In this document: positions 12,473 through 24,643 of the stretch, one piece after another
How positions within the stretch are numbered: the stretch's first letter is position 1
Layout: every line of letters begins with the position of its first letter
Origin: Octopus vulgaris
Lineage: Eukaryota
NCBI GenBank assembly: GCA_951406725.2
Contig: OX597822.1
Location: 101,866,001 to 101,930,000 of the forward strand
Direction: 5' to 3'
DNA length: 64,000 nucleotides
The notes under the pieces: model-generated
Databases searched by the model: none
What the model saw: only the letters and a program-made list of their open reading frames with translations
What the model was told of the DNA's origin: nothing
Position numbers and translations under genes: made by a program

Positions 12473-13149
12473 TAGTAGTGAAACAACTACAGTAAAACAG
12501 CATTAAATATATAAAAGTAAAGTGAGCAACATCCAATGTGTTGGTTGTCAATATTTGCAAGGGTATTCATTCACCGATGACCTTGCGACTCCTAATTACA
12601 GGCCTAGCATACTTCAACAAAGATTTTGAAGAGAAAAACTGCGCGTACCACAAAAAAAGGTTATGCATGCGAATATTTCCTGTAAACGTGATATTAATGT
12701 TAATAATAAGAGAAAGTGTCGCATCTCTTTCAGTTGTGACTGTTGCAGCACATCACATTTCAAAGGTTTTGTTGTTTGCAAACCTAGTGCAGGAGCTAGT
12801 TATAAAATGCCTAATAAAATTTATAATGAATCCTTGAAAGCCTCAAGATACAATAGAAAATTGCCATCGTTTCGCATCCCAAAGGATGATATATAATTGC
12901 TTTAAAAGGTATCATGAAACTACCTGTCATTGTGCCATGATGTCTTTACTAAAACAATATACAAAGCTACACCGACTCCCGAATAAATTAAATATATCTG
13001 TATATCTTTATACACACCAGTTGTGATAATCTTTTAATACTAGTTTGACACTGATGAACTGTCTTCAGTTATTGAATTAGTAGGTCGGATTATTGCTCCC
13101 CAGGCAATTAAAATTGCACTAATGAAGATTATCAAAATAACTTCCCTCA

Positions 13150-14720
13150 GTCATTGCCTCCTGAATTTAAAGTTCGTTCAGTTTTTTCTGCTATGTTTAT
13201 ATACAACTAAAGCACTACGAATCTTATAAAAATATACGTGATATACTTTGGTTGTCATAAATATGACCAAAAACAATGGCACCAGGTTCGAATCTTCTCT
13301 GGGTGTTCAAATTAATGATATGAGTGAATAAACAGAAAGTCAAGATCAATTTCCTTTGATATGTCCATGACATGGAGGGAACAGAAAATGGTCTTCATGC
13401 TGGACGCTACTACAAAAAAAAAAGAATAGAGATCAGATGTTTATTCAATTTTATATTCAGTAATCAGACTCCTGTATCATTATGAAACAACATCCATTTC
13501 TTCTTTACACCAAGTAATGAACGAACTTTCATAGTTGATGAAATGGTTGGTGATAAAGAAGGTACGGTTCCTTCCCCCAAAGGTGCTGTAGCTTCTGCAA
13601 ATCCCTAACAAACATCTGAAGAAAATTCAGAACCATGGTTATTTATTCAAAAGTATTTTATTGGTTTTGTTTGATACTTATCACAGTCGAAAGAGTAAGT
13701 GCTGCTTGTTGCCTCAGACTGAACGGAGGTGATTTACCGAGACCAAACTTTCTGAGAAAATTTCCATCGAAAACCAAATTTCAGCTTGGCAATATACTTA
13801 ACAATACATTGTCCACTATACAACTGCTATGCCATCAATGTTCTTTTCAGAAAATTATTTCAGATAGATGCCTCTACATCGATTCATCACCTGAAAGCTG
13901 TTATATTTCATAATGGAAACGTATAGCCATAAATCCCCGTTGCCTAGTTTGTTTAACTAAAAAGGACGTAGGTTAACATGGATATGCTGTTTGATACTTT
14001 CAATACAGTTTTCATCAAAGGAATCACTATGAAAATTTCAAAGTTATTTAATTAGCATGCCAAGCAGGGTATACAGGATTTATTGGCATGTAAGTAGGAT
14101 TTACAAAATACTGTTGTTTCTAATACCTAAGGGATAATCACTCTAGCACATGTCACTACATTAAACATGACTGTTCATTAAGCTCAACATGACGAATTAG
14201 TATTCAACCTATGCTTTCGAAGTATTTCTACCATTTCTTTCAATTAAACGTGGTTTAATTAAAATGTTTGATAAAGCTACGAATAAAGACATTTCAGGAA
14301 AAATTTCAGTACCTTTGTAAATATTTCTCAAAAGTAGAGCGACAAATTGAAAGGGATCGTTTTGTCTAATCACCAACTGGGGGTGTTTTAATATTATATT
14401 TGATTTGATCGTATCCTTAAATACAAACGAATTAAAAACTCGACAGCCCTTGAAATTTTTATGCAAAACACTGAAGAAACTAATAAAGCTCCTGCATATG
14501 AAGTTTTAATAGTATTGATGGCAATAATGAAGTAGACTGAATTATGTACTTATATTGTCATCTAGATTTCTTTCTAAAACTTTTGGTGCGGTAACCGACG
14601 AGCCAAATGTGCGATTTCCTTCAAAATATACTTAAAATAGGAGCTTGTATCAAAGATTTTGGAATGAGATGATGACACACTATTTTTGCACGCTATATGG
14701 CGCTGACGCAGACCGAGTTT
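13150..14720 (+). mobile_element. Decayed CMC/Chapaev3-type DNA transposase
   Basis: Ordered motifs across frameshifts: FFCYV, IYVIYFGCHKYDQK, SFDMSMTWREQ, EPWLFIQ, LYIDSS-LKAVIFHNGN, GFTKYCCF, VFLPFLSIKRGLIKMFDKA, YLYCHLDFF-FGAVTDE, YQRFWNEMMTHYFCTL. Confidence 0.8.
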
Positions 14721-14758
14721 GTATGAGGAAATCACATTCATAACACTTCCTTACTTGC

Positions 14759-15084
14759 TTATAAAAAGACTCCGCCGGTTACGACGACGAGGGTCCCAGC
14801 TGATACGATCAACGGAACAGCTTGCTCGTGAAATTAACGTGCAAATGGCTGAGCATTCCACAGACACGTGTACCCTTAACGTAGTTCTCGGGGATAATCA
14901 GCGTGACACAGAGAGTGACAAGGCTGACCCTTTGAAATACAAGTACAACTCATTTTGCCAGCTGAGTGGACTGGAGCAACGTGAAATAAAGTGTCTTGCT
15001 CAAGGACACAACGCGTCGCCGGGAATCGAACTCACAACCTTACGATCATGAGCCGAATGCCCTAACCACTAAGCCACGCGCCCT
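14759..15084 (-). mobile_element. Young tRNA-derived SINE (family B)
   Basis: TSD cttacttgc at 14750-14758 and 15085-15093. Almost identical to 28774-29106. Confidence 0.92.
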
Positions 15085-15209
15085 CTTACTTGCATAATAG
15101 ATATTCATTAATTACATGTTTATTTAACTAAAGCGATCATATACAAAAAAGAACCTTCTAAAACAACTGAAGTCTCTCTTCTCTTTAGAAACCAGGTGTA
15201 AAGTTTGTG

Positions 15210-15700
15210 CACTTTCTTACATCACTCACCAATGCGTTTTTGCTATCGAGATGTTTGGTGAAAGCATTGTTGTTGTTCTTAACATCGGCAAAGCTTTCGA
15301 CAGTGTCTGCCTTGCGAATTTCATGTCAAAACTGCCAGCATTAAATTCCATCAGTTTTTCATCTTTTGCATAGGTGACTTAATTCTTCATCTCAGTATCG
15401 CAGCATCTACATCCAACCTAAGTTCTGTCAGCTCTAGTTTTGTCTACATCGCTTTTCTTTTAACGCACCAATGAGCTATTTGTCTTCATATCCAACAAAG
15501 GCTTACGAAGAAGACAGGCTCCTTCGTCTTTTTCTAATCTTTCGACTTCATCTACATACAGCCTAGACATCTCACTGAACTGATTCTATTAACACTGATC
15601 TTAAAACATCCTCCTGTGATATTATGTTAATTATTTTCATTTCAACAGTAAACGACACGATCATTGAACATATCATAAAAATATTATAACACCTTACCAC
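15210..15700 (+). mobile_element. Decayed CR1/Jockey-group reverse transcriptase fragment
   Basis: LSYITHQCVFAIEMFGESIVVVLNIGKAFDSVC..MSKLP..VLSTSLFF..NEL..SN..AYEED corresponds to LDISKAFD..SVLSPTLF..YADD. Confidence 0.75.
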
Positions 15701-15760
15701 TTTAAACCTGAGTAGCACATAACTAGAGTCCTCGCGTTCACTTAAATGCCAGTCTTCACT

Positions 15761-15833
<73 letters not shown>

Positions 15834-17007
15834 AACAGTTTTGTCGTGTTTGCGTATCACTTATTGATTTGTTCTCATCGTGATGAACCCTCGTTCCACC
15901 CTTGCCATCTGCTTATTAAAAAAAAATATCTTTACAAACGACCTAGTTTTTCTAATGTAAATTATGATCGAAATTTCTCCGTTGTTATTGGCATGCACCT
16001 AATAACACTAAATTCCAAATGAATTTAATTGCTACCTGTTTAATGTCCTGAAGGAAGACACCATAATACCACATTGCAAGTTGCTATATTTTATTCTTAA
16101 AACGCATTTTTCTGCCTTGATGCTTCAGCCATTGACTCCAATTAATATGCTTTCGATTAATGTTACTGTATATTTTATGGTTATTTTATAGAAAATTTCA
16201 TATTATTGTCACCTTCCAATTTCACGCCGTACTAATAAAGGCTGAATATATTAGTAGCAACGATGGCGTTACTGATTGCTACTGATTGCAGTACTTTGTC
16301 ACTTAGATTATTCCAATTGCTTTTTTATGAACGATAACCGTAGTGTATATGGATTATTCTTATTTCATTATATCTTACCTGGCACAGAATAAAAGCAAAC
16401 AGAATCTGAAATATCGTCGTCGAAGTAAATTTTTACTCCGGTTTCAATTATTGTACTAATTCTGTATCTTTATACTATTAATGCTTTTAAGAAGGCACGA
16501 TATCGCAAATCCTATTATTTTCGCCAAAAGGAAATGTAGAACTTTACGTAGCTCGGAAAGTTAACAAGAAACCACTTCAGTACGTTTTCCATAAGAATTT
16601 GCTGTGTTCAACGTATAGCTGTGCCATGAAACGGATATATTTCATAAAAACCAATGCTCAAGTGCTTTAAGATGATGTAATACGAGAATATTAGAAAATC
16701 ACCATCAATACAGTATGGTATCGAATTTGATTTCAAATAGAAATCAAAACATTTCGTGGATTCGTTATTGAGGTTAGAGAGAGATTCTTAAAGTGCCTGT
16801 ATAGAATTAGGTTATTGTCATTTCCTTGATATCCCACTGTTATATAGCATTGTAACATCCAATCCGCTTTTATGAGCCACTGAAGTAGACGCCCGCACGC
16901 ACACACACTCTCATACATACATACATACATACATACATACATACATACATACATACATACATGCATACATACATATACACACACACACATATATATATAT
17001 AATTATT

Positions 17008-18321
17008 TGAGGGAATATTATTCCTAACTTACAGGGGAAAATTCAATTTAGAAATACTAAATCAAATTTCACAAAATATATTATATATATAAAAATTAGA
17101 AAAAAAACACCTTTTATCAATTCAAAATGAACAATTAAATTACACCATCTAGAAAATTACATATAATAGAAATATTGAAAATAAAACAACAATAATATAC
17201 AGATGATTAAGTAAATTGCAAAATAATAATAAAAAGTATACATACGTTGGTACTCCGAGTTTCAAGAATGATGCTAGTCTTCAGCTATTTTGAATTTGAA
17301 TGAAAGAAATTGGTTGTTATTACCGTAAGTTTGGCTGTGATTGGCCGAGGAAGGTCACATGGTGTCGTATTTCGATATTGGTGTATCAGTATATCAGCAA
17401 CAACAGTCAGTTGGAAAATACTACATAGTGAACAGGAAATCGACCGCATGGTAGGCATGAAATCGGTCTGGTTGTTCGAGGGGAAGTAGGAAGTATTGCG
17501 AGTATATAGTCGTATATGTGGATGTGTGGACGCACTCATATGGTCTTGCGTACATGTCTGTATTAATGCAAGCGTACGCATCTGTACACGGCCGCTCGCG
17601 CTCGCCCACCCTCACGCATATATGAACGAACATGCGCAGGCGGACACGCACACTCATACATGCGCATAACAAGCGTTGGGGATTGATAACTGGTGGTTCT
17701 GCTCATGAAATTGGTAGTTGACGGTGACCTTGGTGCAGGCAGTGTAGAGGAGCAGCTGGTGCTAAGGTGATATATCCAGGTTTTCGGTAGACATAGGATT
17801 GAAATTTGCCAGAAGGGCATACCTCTGGTGACAGCAATAAGATAAATCGGTATTTCTTGTCGATGAATGCTGCAAGATGTTAGAGGATATACAGTTTTCC
17901 TAGGAGGAAGATCTGACAGTTGGGGGTCGCTGGTGAATATAGTGCCACTCTGTCGACAATAGTTCAAATGATGCTGGGTGTTTCGTTTCGGAGGTCATGG
18001 TGTTTCCAGAGAAAAGTAGACAAGGAAGCAGAGTTCCCTTTGTCCCTGGATCTGAACGAGTGCATATAGTGGGAGTATCTTCCCTTGAAGTCATTAGCTG
18101 TCGTACCCGTATAGTGCCTAGTAATGCCATCGGATGGTGTAAAGTAGCTCTGTATATTACTGTCCTTGAGAGGCAAGATCCTTCTACAGGGCACATGGTG
18201 GGAGTTTCAGAGATTGCTGGTAGGGGTTGGGAGTTGTGCGGGTGTTGATGCATGCGATGTTGGATGCGATGTTGTCTAAGTAAGAGTAGCTCAGCTTGAC
18301 ATTATGGAGGTTGAAGAGTTA
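17008..18321 (-). mobile_element. Penelope-like element (Naiad-type) 3' part: GIY-YIG, 3' UTR, HHR and terminal region
   Basis: LFNLHNVKLSYSYLDNI..MCPVEGSCLSRTVIYRA..RHYTGTTANDFKGRYSHYMHSF..SLSTFLWK..PNCQIFL. HHR motif at 17248-17287. Confidence 0.85.
17248..17287 (-). ncRNA. Degenerate minimal hammerhead at the PLE end
   Basis: tag-CTGAAGA-ctagcatcattctt-GAAA-ctcggag-TA-cca. Stem III is the quasi-palindrome ACTCGGAGT; stems I and II are eroded. Confidence 0.55.
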
Positions 18322-19380
18322 CTCCTGCTTAGACAACATCTGACACCGCACACATCAGCAGACGTAGAGATGCACCCACACCGCTCCTAACCCCAACCTG
18401 CAACTTCCGAAACACCAAAATGTGCCCTCTAGAAGGTTCCTGCCTCTGAAGGGACGTAGTACACAGAGTCACCCTTACACTATCCGATGGCATTACTAGG
18501 CACTATACGGGTATGACAGCTAATGACTTCAAGAGAAGATACTCGCAGCATATGCACTCGGTCAGATCCAGGGACAGAAAGAACTCTACATCTCTGTCTC
18601 GTTTTCTTTATAGACTCCGTGACCTCTGAGACGAAACACACTGCATCGAGTGGAATATTGTTGACAGAATGTCACCATAATCATCCGGCTCCCCCATTTT
18701 CCAGCTCTGCCTCCGCAAAAGACTGCATATCCTCCAATAACCCGCAGTATGCATAAAACAAAAATGCAATTTATCTTATCGCCAGAGATATCGCCAGAGA
18801 TATGCCCTTCGGACAAATTTCAAGCCTCTGACTACCAACACCCTACACATACAACCTTACTACTAGTTGCTACTCTGCACCGCCTGCACCGAGGTCACCG
18901 TCACCAACCAAACCCATGAGCAGGGCCGCCAATTACCAAACGCTTATCAATTCCCAACGCTTACCATTCACCAGCGCTTACCAAGTCCCAACGCTTGTTA
19001 TGTGCATGTATACTTATGCATGCGCGCGCATGCATGCGTGTAAGTGCGCATGTGCGGCCTTGTACAGATGCGCACGTTCGCATCAATATATACATGCACG
19101 CAAAACCATCTAAGAGTGTCCTCCCACCCACATATAGAGCTATATACTTGCACAAACCGCCCCTTCCTAGTTTTCCTCCAACAGCCCAACCAATTTCCTG
19201 TGCACCGCGCATCAATTTGCTGTCCAGCACACGGTCAATTTCCTGTTCATCATGCGAAATTTTCCAACTAACTATTGTCACTGACATATCGATATACCAA
19301 CATCAAAACACAATACCGCATGACCTTCCTCGATCAATCACAGCCCACCCTACGGTGATAACAACCAACTTCTTTCATCT
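18316..19380 (+). mobile_element. Inverted second copy of the Naiad-type PLE 3' part
   Basis: SYSCLDNI..CNFRNTKMCPLEGSCL*RDVVHRV..RHYTGMTANDFKRRYSQHMHS..TSLSRFLY..IEWNIVDR..QLCLRKRLHIL. Mirrors 17290-18300. Confidence 0.85.
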
Positions 19381-19683
19381 AATTGTTCCTTCACTCAAAC
19401 AAGAAATTAACTGTGAATCCACTTATGGATTTACTTCGTGGATGATTGTCCTCTCATTAGAGGAAACTGCTTTCTTTACCCTTTGGCTCTTCAGTAAATT
19501 GGCAGTTTAAATCGCTATATACAGCTTAAACTTATAGAAATAGTACTAATAGTCTTCCATATATGGCCATTATAATTTAGTTGTCTGCTTGAGGTTTTGC
19601 GAATATTTTACCCTAATTTTATTCTTTTTATTAATATTTTCAAATTTAATTTCATATTTATTATGTATTTTGTTATTTCTTGT

Positions 19684-20290
19684 AGACATTTGTCCTCAGT
19701 CGTCTGGATTACTGCTCCCAACTGTGGTCGCCACAGAGCGTCAAATTGGTGGCGAAACTTGAGGCAATCAATCACCACTACACGAAGAAGATTGACTCGG
19801 TGAGACAGGTGAGCTACAGGGAGAGGCTACACAAACTGATGCTCTTCTCCCTGAAGAGAAGGCGAGAACAGTATACAGTAATATAAGTATGGAAGATCCT
19901 GGAAGGACTAGCTCCCAACTTTGGAATTAAAAGCTATACCAACCACCGAACTGGACGGCACTGCATAATACCAAAGATACCGTTTTCATCATCTCAGATA
20001 AGTACCCAGTATTGCAACAGCTTGGGCTTCAGGGGAACACAACTGTTTAACATTATGCTGAGGAACCTATGAGATCTACAAGGTGTAGATGTAGAAACCT
20101 TCAAAAAGTACTTCAACAAATTTCTGTCTGAAATCTCAGATGAATCCACATCAAGGCAGGAGGCACAACCAGGAGCAGCTTCGTCCAACTCACTTCTGCG
20201 CCAAAATCAGTACCGAAAGGAGATACCAAAACACTGAAAGTTTGTGCTCCAATATGGCCCCAATCTCTGGTTGAAACTAGTAAAAGTAAA
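19684..20290 (+). mobile_element. 5'-truncated CR1-clade LINE (family 1), ORF2 C-terminus and 3' tail
   Basis: TFVLSRLDYCSQLWSP..LEAI..YRERLHKLMLFSLKRRRE..WKILEGLAPNF..LFN..FKK..SNSLL, with two stops. Confidence 0.88.
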
Positions 20291-20327
20291 ACTATACGTG
20301 TGTGCGTATATATATATATAAGTATAT

Positions 20328-20555
20328 AGGAGATGTACTCGCATAGCAAATGATTTGATCTGAGATCGTGTGCTGGAACGAAAACAATTGCAGCGTGGAA
20401 GGTGTTTGTAAGCCATTTAAGAAACACACAGTGAACAGGTCGCGGATTTTAGCGACGAAAATATTTTGACAAATTAAACTTAAATGTTGAAATGAATCGA
20501 ATGGCTTTTGTGTGTTTCTTAAATGGCTTATAAACACCTTCTACGCTGCAATTGT

Positions 20556-20556
<1 letters not shown>
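20328..20556. mobile_element. MITE-like element with ~48-bp inverted repeats
   Basis: aacaattgcagcgtggaaggtgtttgtaagccatttaagaaacacaca (from 20383) and its reverse complement ending at 20556. Confidence 0.75.
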
Positions 20557-20602
<46 letters not shown>

Positions 20603-20605
<3 letters not shown>

Positions 20606-20992
20606 AGGGAATATTATTCCTAACTTACAGGGAAAAATTCAATTTAGAAATACTAAATCAAATTTCACAAAATGTAATATATATATATAAATTAGAAAAA
20701 AACCCACCTTTTATCAATTCAAAATGAACAATTAAATTACATATAATCTAGAAAATTACATATAATATTATTACATTATATATAATTTTATATTACATAT
20801 TTATATATAATATATATATATGTCATATGTATAATTTTATAAGTATATTATATTATTATTTTGCACATTACTTAATCATCGGTATATTATTGTTATTTTA
20901 TATTTAAAATTTCTATTATATGTAATTTTCTAGATGGTGTAATTTAATTGTTCATTTTGAATTGATAAAAGGTGGGTTTTTTCTAATTTATA
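20603..20992. repeat. Inverted pair of PLE terminal AT-rich segments
   Basis: 20603-20770 matches 17008-17170, and 20850-20992 is an inverted copy of the same terminal region. Confidence 0.8.
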
Positions 20993-21008
20993 TATATACA
21001 TATATATA

Positions 21009-21225
21009 TGGCCTAGTGGTTAGGGCAGCGGACTCGCGTACGCAGGATCGCGGTTTCGATTCTCAGACCGGGCGTTGTGTGTGTTTATTGAGCGAAAACA
21101 CCTAAAAGCTCTACGAGGCTCCGGCAGGGGGTGGTGATCCCTGCTGTACTCTTTCACCACAATGGCGGTGCCCCAGCATGGCCACAGCTCAAGAGCTGAA
21201 ACTGGAAAAACAAAAACAAAACAAA
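21009..21225 (+). mobile_element. tRNA-derived SINE (head C) ending in a CR1-like tail
   Basis: ggcctagtggttagggcagcggactcgcg..ggtttcgatt head; tail ggcggtgccccagcatggccacagctcaagagctgaaac. Confidence 0.85.
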
Positions 21226-21882
21226 AAATATATATATATATAAACGCATACACAAATGTAGGTATATGTAGCATGTGTATGTTTGCATTAATTATATGGA
21301 TATGTATATGAGAATTTGTGTGGTATAATCATAGGAACAACGCTTGAGATACGAGTGTGTATTTGTTCTAGAATACAGTGGTATTCTGATGAATGGCTTG
21401 GTTGGTAGTGTTATAGGAAATATACGATTCTTAATAAGTCATTAAGATATAAATTTCGTAATTTGATTATACTAAATCGATTAGTCCTCTTTCAGAATGA
21501 AAATCTTTGGTCTGGTAAAATTATCTTTATGAATATTTAAATTATACACCTTACGTAAGATCAGGGCCAGATACTGTTAGTCTTTACGTTCATTTCGACT
21601 CGTATTTAACTAGACAATACTATGTAATTTTCAAAATTGAATCTGAGATCTTTGTCTTCTATTTGAATGTTATCTCTTTAATCTGTTATTAAATATTTTG
21701 AATACATTTTGCAAACTATTAAAAAAAATGTTTGCTTTTCTTTAAAAACAAATTTTACAATTAATAATTCATGGGGTGTCTGCAAGACAGCGAGAACCCA
21801 AACAATAAATTATTTATTCATTCGTAACACATTCCGACAGATTCGACTGTAAATATCTATATATACGCACACACATATATAT

Positions 21883-22043
21883 ACTTTTACTGGTTTCAGC
21901 CAGAGGTTGGGGCCATACTGGAGCACAAACTTTCAGTGTTTTGGTGTCTCCTTTAGGTACAGATTTTGATGCAGAAGTGAGTTGGACGAAGATGCTCCTC
22001 TTTGTGCCGCCTGCCGTGATGTGGACACATCTGAGATTTCAGA
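21883..22043 (-). mobile_element. Short 3' fragment of CR1-clade LINE family 1
   Basis: Reverse-complement match to 20128-20290. Confidence 0.85.
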
Positions 22044-22186
22044 TATATATCACAGTTCTTTTCCATCATCGGAGAACAAATGTTCCCTTTAGAAGATTTG
22101 TGTTCATAACATGCGATTCATTGAGATAGGTGGACTCTGAAACTCTCCTGTGTTTTGACCTCCTTATGGTTCCCCTCAGTCAAAGC

Positions 22187-22880
22187 GGATCTTTTCCTTT
22201 TGAACGGCACTGTGTAACATAATTTCTAGGTAACTAAAAAGTTTTAAACTTCGTATACTAGTAGAATGTGTTTATAAAACATCATTTTTTTCTTGGCTTT
22301 ATCGAGAAAATTCTATATGTTGTAACATATTTCGTCTTTAATTTCTTGCATTTCGGCAATTTTAACCAATCGCTGAAGTCCATTTAGGTAAATAACATTC
22401 TGTGCATAATGAATATGTCCCTCCTTTAAGAAACAGATAGGGTTTATTTACATTTGTGAAGAAAAAAAAGATACCCTTCCCCCACCTCTAACCCTAACCC
22501 TAACTAACCCTAACTCTAACCCTAAATCTAAAATAGATTGAAATGCAATAGATCGATACTAGGGTCATAATTATGGGTGACATTTTCATTTGACACCGCT
22601 AGAAAAAAATCCCATTTTCCGTAGCGGTGTCGTATGAAATTGTCACCCATAACTATAACCCTAGTATCGATCTATTGCATGTCAATCTATTTTAGATTTA
22701 GGGTTAGAGTTAGGGTGAGTTAGGGTTAGTTAGGGTTAGGGTTAGTTAGGGTTAGGGTTAGTTAGGGTTAGGGTTAGGGTTATGATGTTTTATAAACACA
22801 TTCTACCAGTATACGAAGTTTAAAACTTTTTAGTTACCTAGAAATTATGTTACAAAGTGCCGTTCAAAAGGAAAAGATCC
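22187..22880. mobile_element. Foldback/MITE element with ~100-bp TIRs, internal telomeric repeats and 8-bp TSD
   Basis: ggatcttttccttttgaacggcac.. / ..gtgccgttcaaaaggaaaagatcc. TSD gtcaaagc at 22179-22186 and 22881-22888. (CCCTAA)n ~22487-22525 and (TTAGGG)n ~22697-22781. Confidence 0.9.
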
Positions 22881-23504
22881 GTCAAAGCTACTCCACCAGA
22901 CGGAGGAATCTAACAAGAGCACTAATTCCAGTTTATGAAAATCAAAAAACAACTTATTTGCTGATGTTTGCTGATGTCTGCCGAACTAACAATAATTCAC
23001 AACCGGGACCCGCGAAATTTCACTATTGGGTTATTTCTAAAAACTTTATCCCCCAAAACCTGAAAGCGTAGCCTGTGTTGTGTCTGTATGGAACGATAGT
23101 GGCTCGTCTGCTACGCATTAAAAAAGGGAAGAAATTGGAATACGATGATTACTTAATGCACTTTATATAAACACTTTATATACTTTATGCACAATTATAT
23201 ACTTAATACACAACACTCATAAAATAAATATTCGTTTTCCCCATAAACAAAAACAAAAATATCCCGTACATTTGATACAGCCTTTAGTTAAATTACATAT
23301 ATCTGCTACGCAAATAAGCGTCAGTATTTCACGGAATTGCACTTATGCGCATGCGTTAAGTGATCGGTGATAGAAAAAAATCTTAGTTCGGTTAAAAAAA
23401 AACGCTTTTCACTACCCAATCACCACTACCACCACTACCACTACCACCACCATCATCTCCCCTTTTCCTCTGCTCTCTCTCCTCCCCTGTCACACACACA
23501 CACA

Positions 23505-23561
<57 letters not shown>

Positions 23562-24424
23562 GCATTTCTTCAACCTAACTATCAGAACACCATCCCTCTG
23601 CTAAAATGATATTTTTTTAATTTTCCTCTTCTATATTCAACTAACATTTTTGACCACGTAATAAATATTACGTTCCCCCACCTCATTTTTCTTTCTCCCT
23701 CTTTCTGTCTCACTCTTAGTCTTATTCTCTTTTTCTCTTTGTTTTTCTTTCTCCTTTCTTTCCTTTCAACTAATAACGGGAAAGCGTTACAATTACATTC
23801 CCTCTCCCTCACGCCATGGATGTTTCTCTCTTCCTCTTTTCTTCCCCCTTCTTTTTTTTCTCTCTCCCTCTTCTTTCTCCCTCTTTTTCTCTAATCACGT
23901 GAAAGCGATACTGACGGGCTAAGTAATGCAACGACAAGCAGAATTATTATAAGAGGAGATGCTTATAGAACAGCCAGAACACAAGCTATACTATAGCTAT
24001 TCACTCGTAATCCGTTCTGGCTGAGCCGAATATGAATATCTCATCGCTGGTGCTTTTTTTGCTCTCTGAGAGATCCTGCTTCCTTTAGACAATATGTCTT
24101 CATAATTTGAATCTGTTGATTCCAATTATTGACTATTATGCCAATATTTTATAAATATATCACCTTCTTAATGGGTTTCTCTTCCGTTCTTTCTATAATA
24201 ATTCATTACAGAATATTTCAAGCACTAGGTCAGCATGACAGTAGACATACTGCATCAAGTAAACGAAAGTAAAAGAAAAATAGATCTGGAATTTACCTCT
24301 GCTATATACAACCAATGACTGACTTCGAAAATAAAATACTGTACGGTCTCTTGCTGACAAGATTTTTGAACAGTGCTCACTACCAGCTCCAGTATGGTTT
24401 ACATCTGTAATTGTTAGTCTAGAG

Positions 24425-24643
24425 CAGTGGTTTTCAACCAGTGTTCCGCGGAACGTTAGGGTTCCGCCAGTACAGTTCAGGGGTTCCGCAAGAAGTTACA
24501 AAACTGCTAAAATCGGCAGTAATTTTTAATTCTCCTGTGCAGATATGTGTGCATAAGACTATTGAATTATTGCACAGGGGTTCCTCGAGCCAGTGGAATG
24601 CTTCCTTGGGGTTCCGCTCCAGCAAAAAGTTTGAAAAGCACTG
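24425..24643. mobile_element. hAT (Charlie-like) MITE
   Basis: TIRs cagtggttttcaacc / gtttgaaaagcactg; 8-bp TSD gtctagag. Confidence 0.92.

Noticed and set aside
12760-12960. THAP-like FRIPKD motif
   Set aside because: The C2CH ligands could not be placed, so the match is too short to call.
13051-13080. CTGATGA followed by a hairpin (also 50904)
   Set aside because: No GAAA or stem III at the required position.
18400-18740. In-frame TGA codons in the Naiad-type GIY-YIG as possible selenocysteine
   Set aside because: The TGAs are not at conserved Cys positions, a TAA stop also occurs, and no SECIS was recognised.
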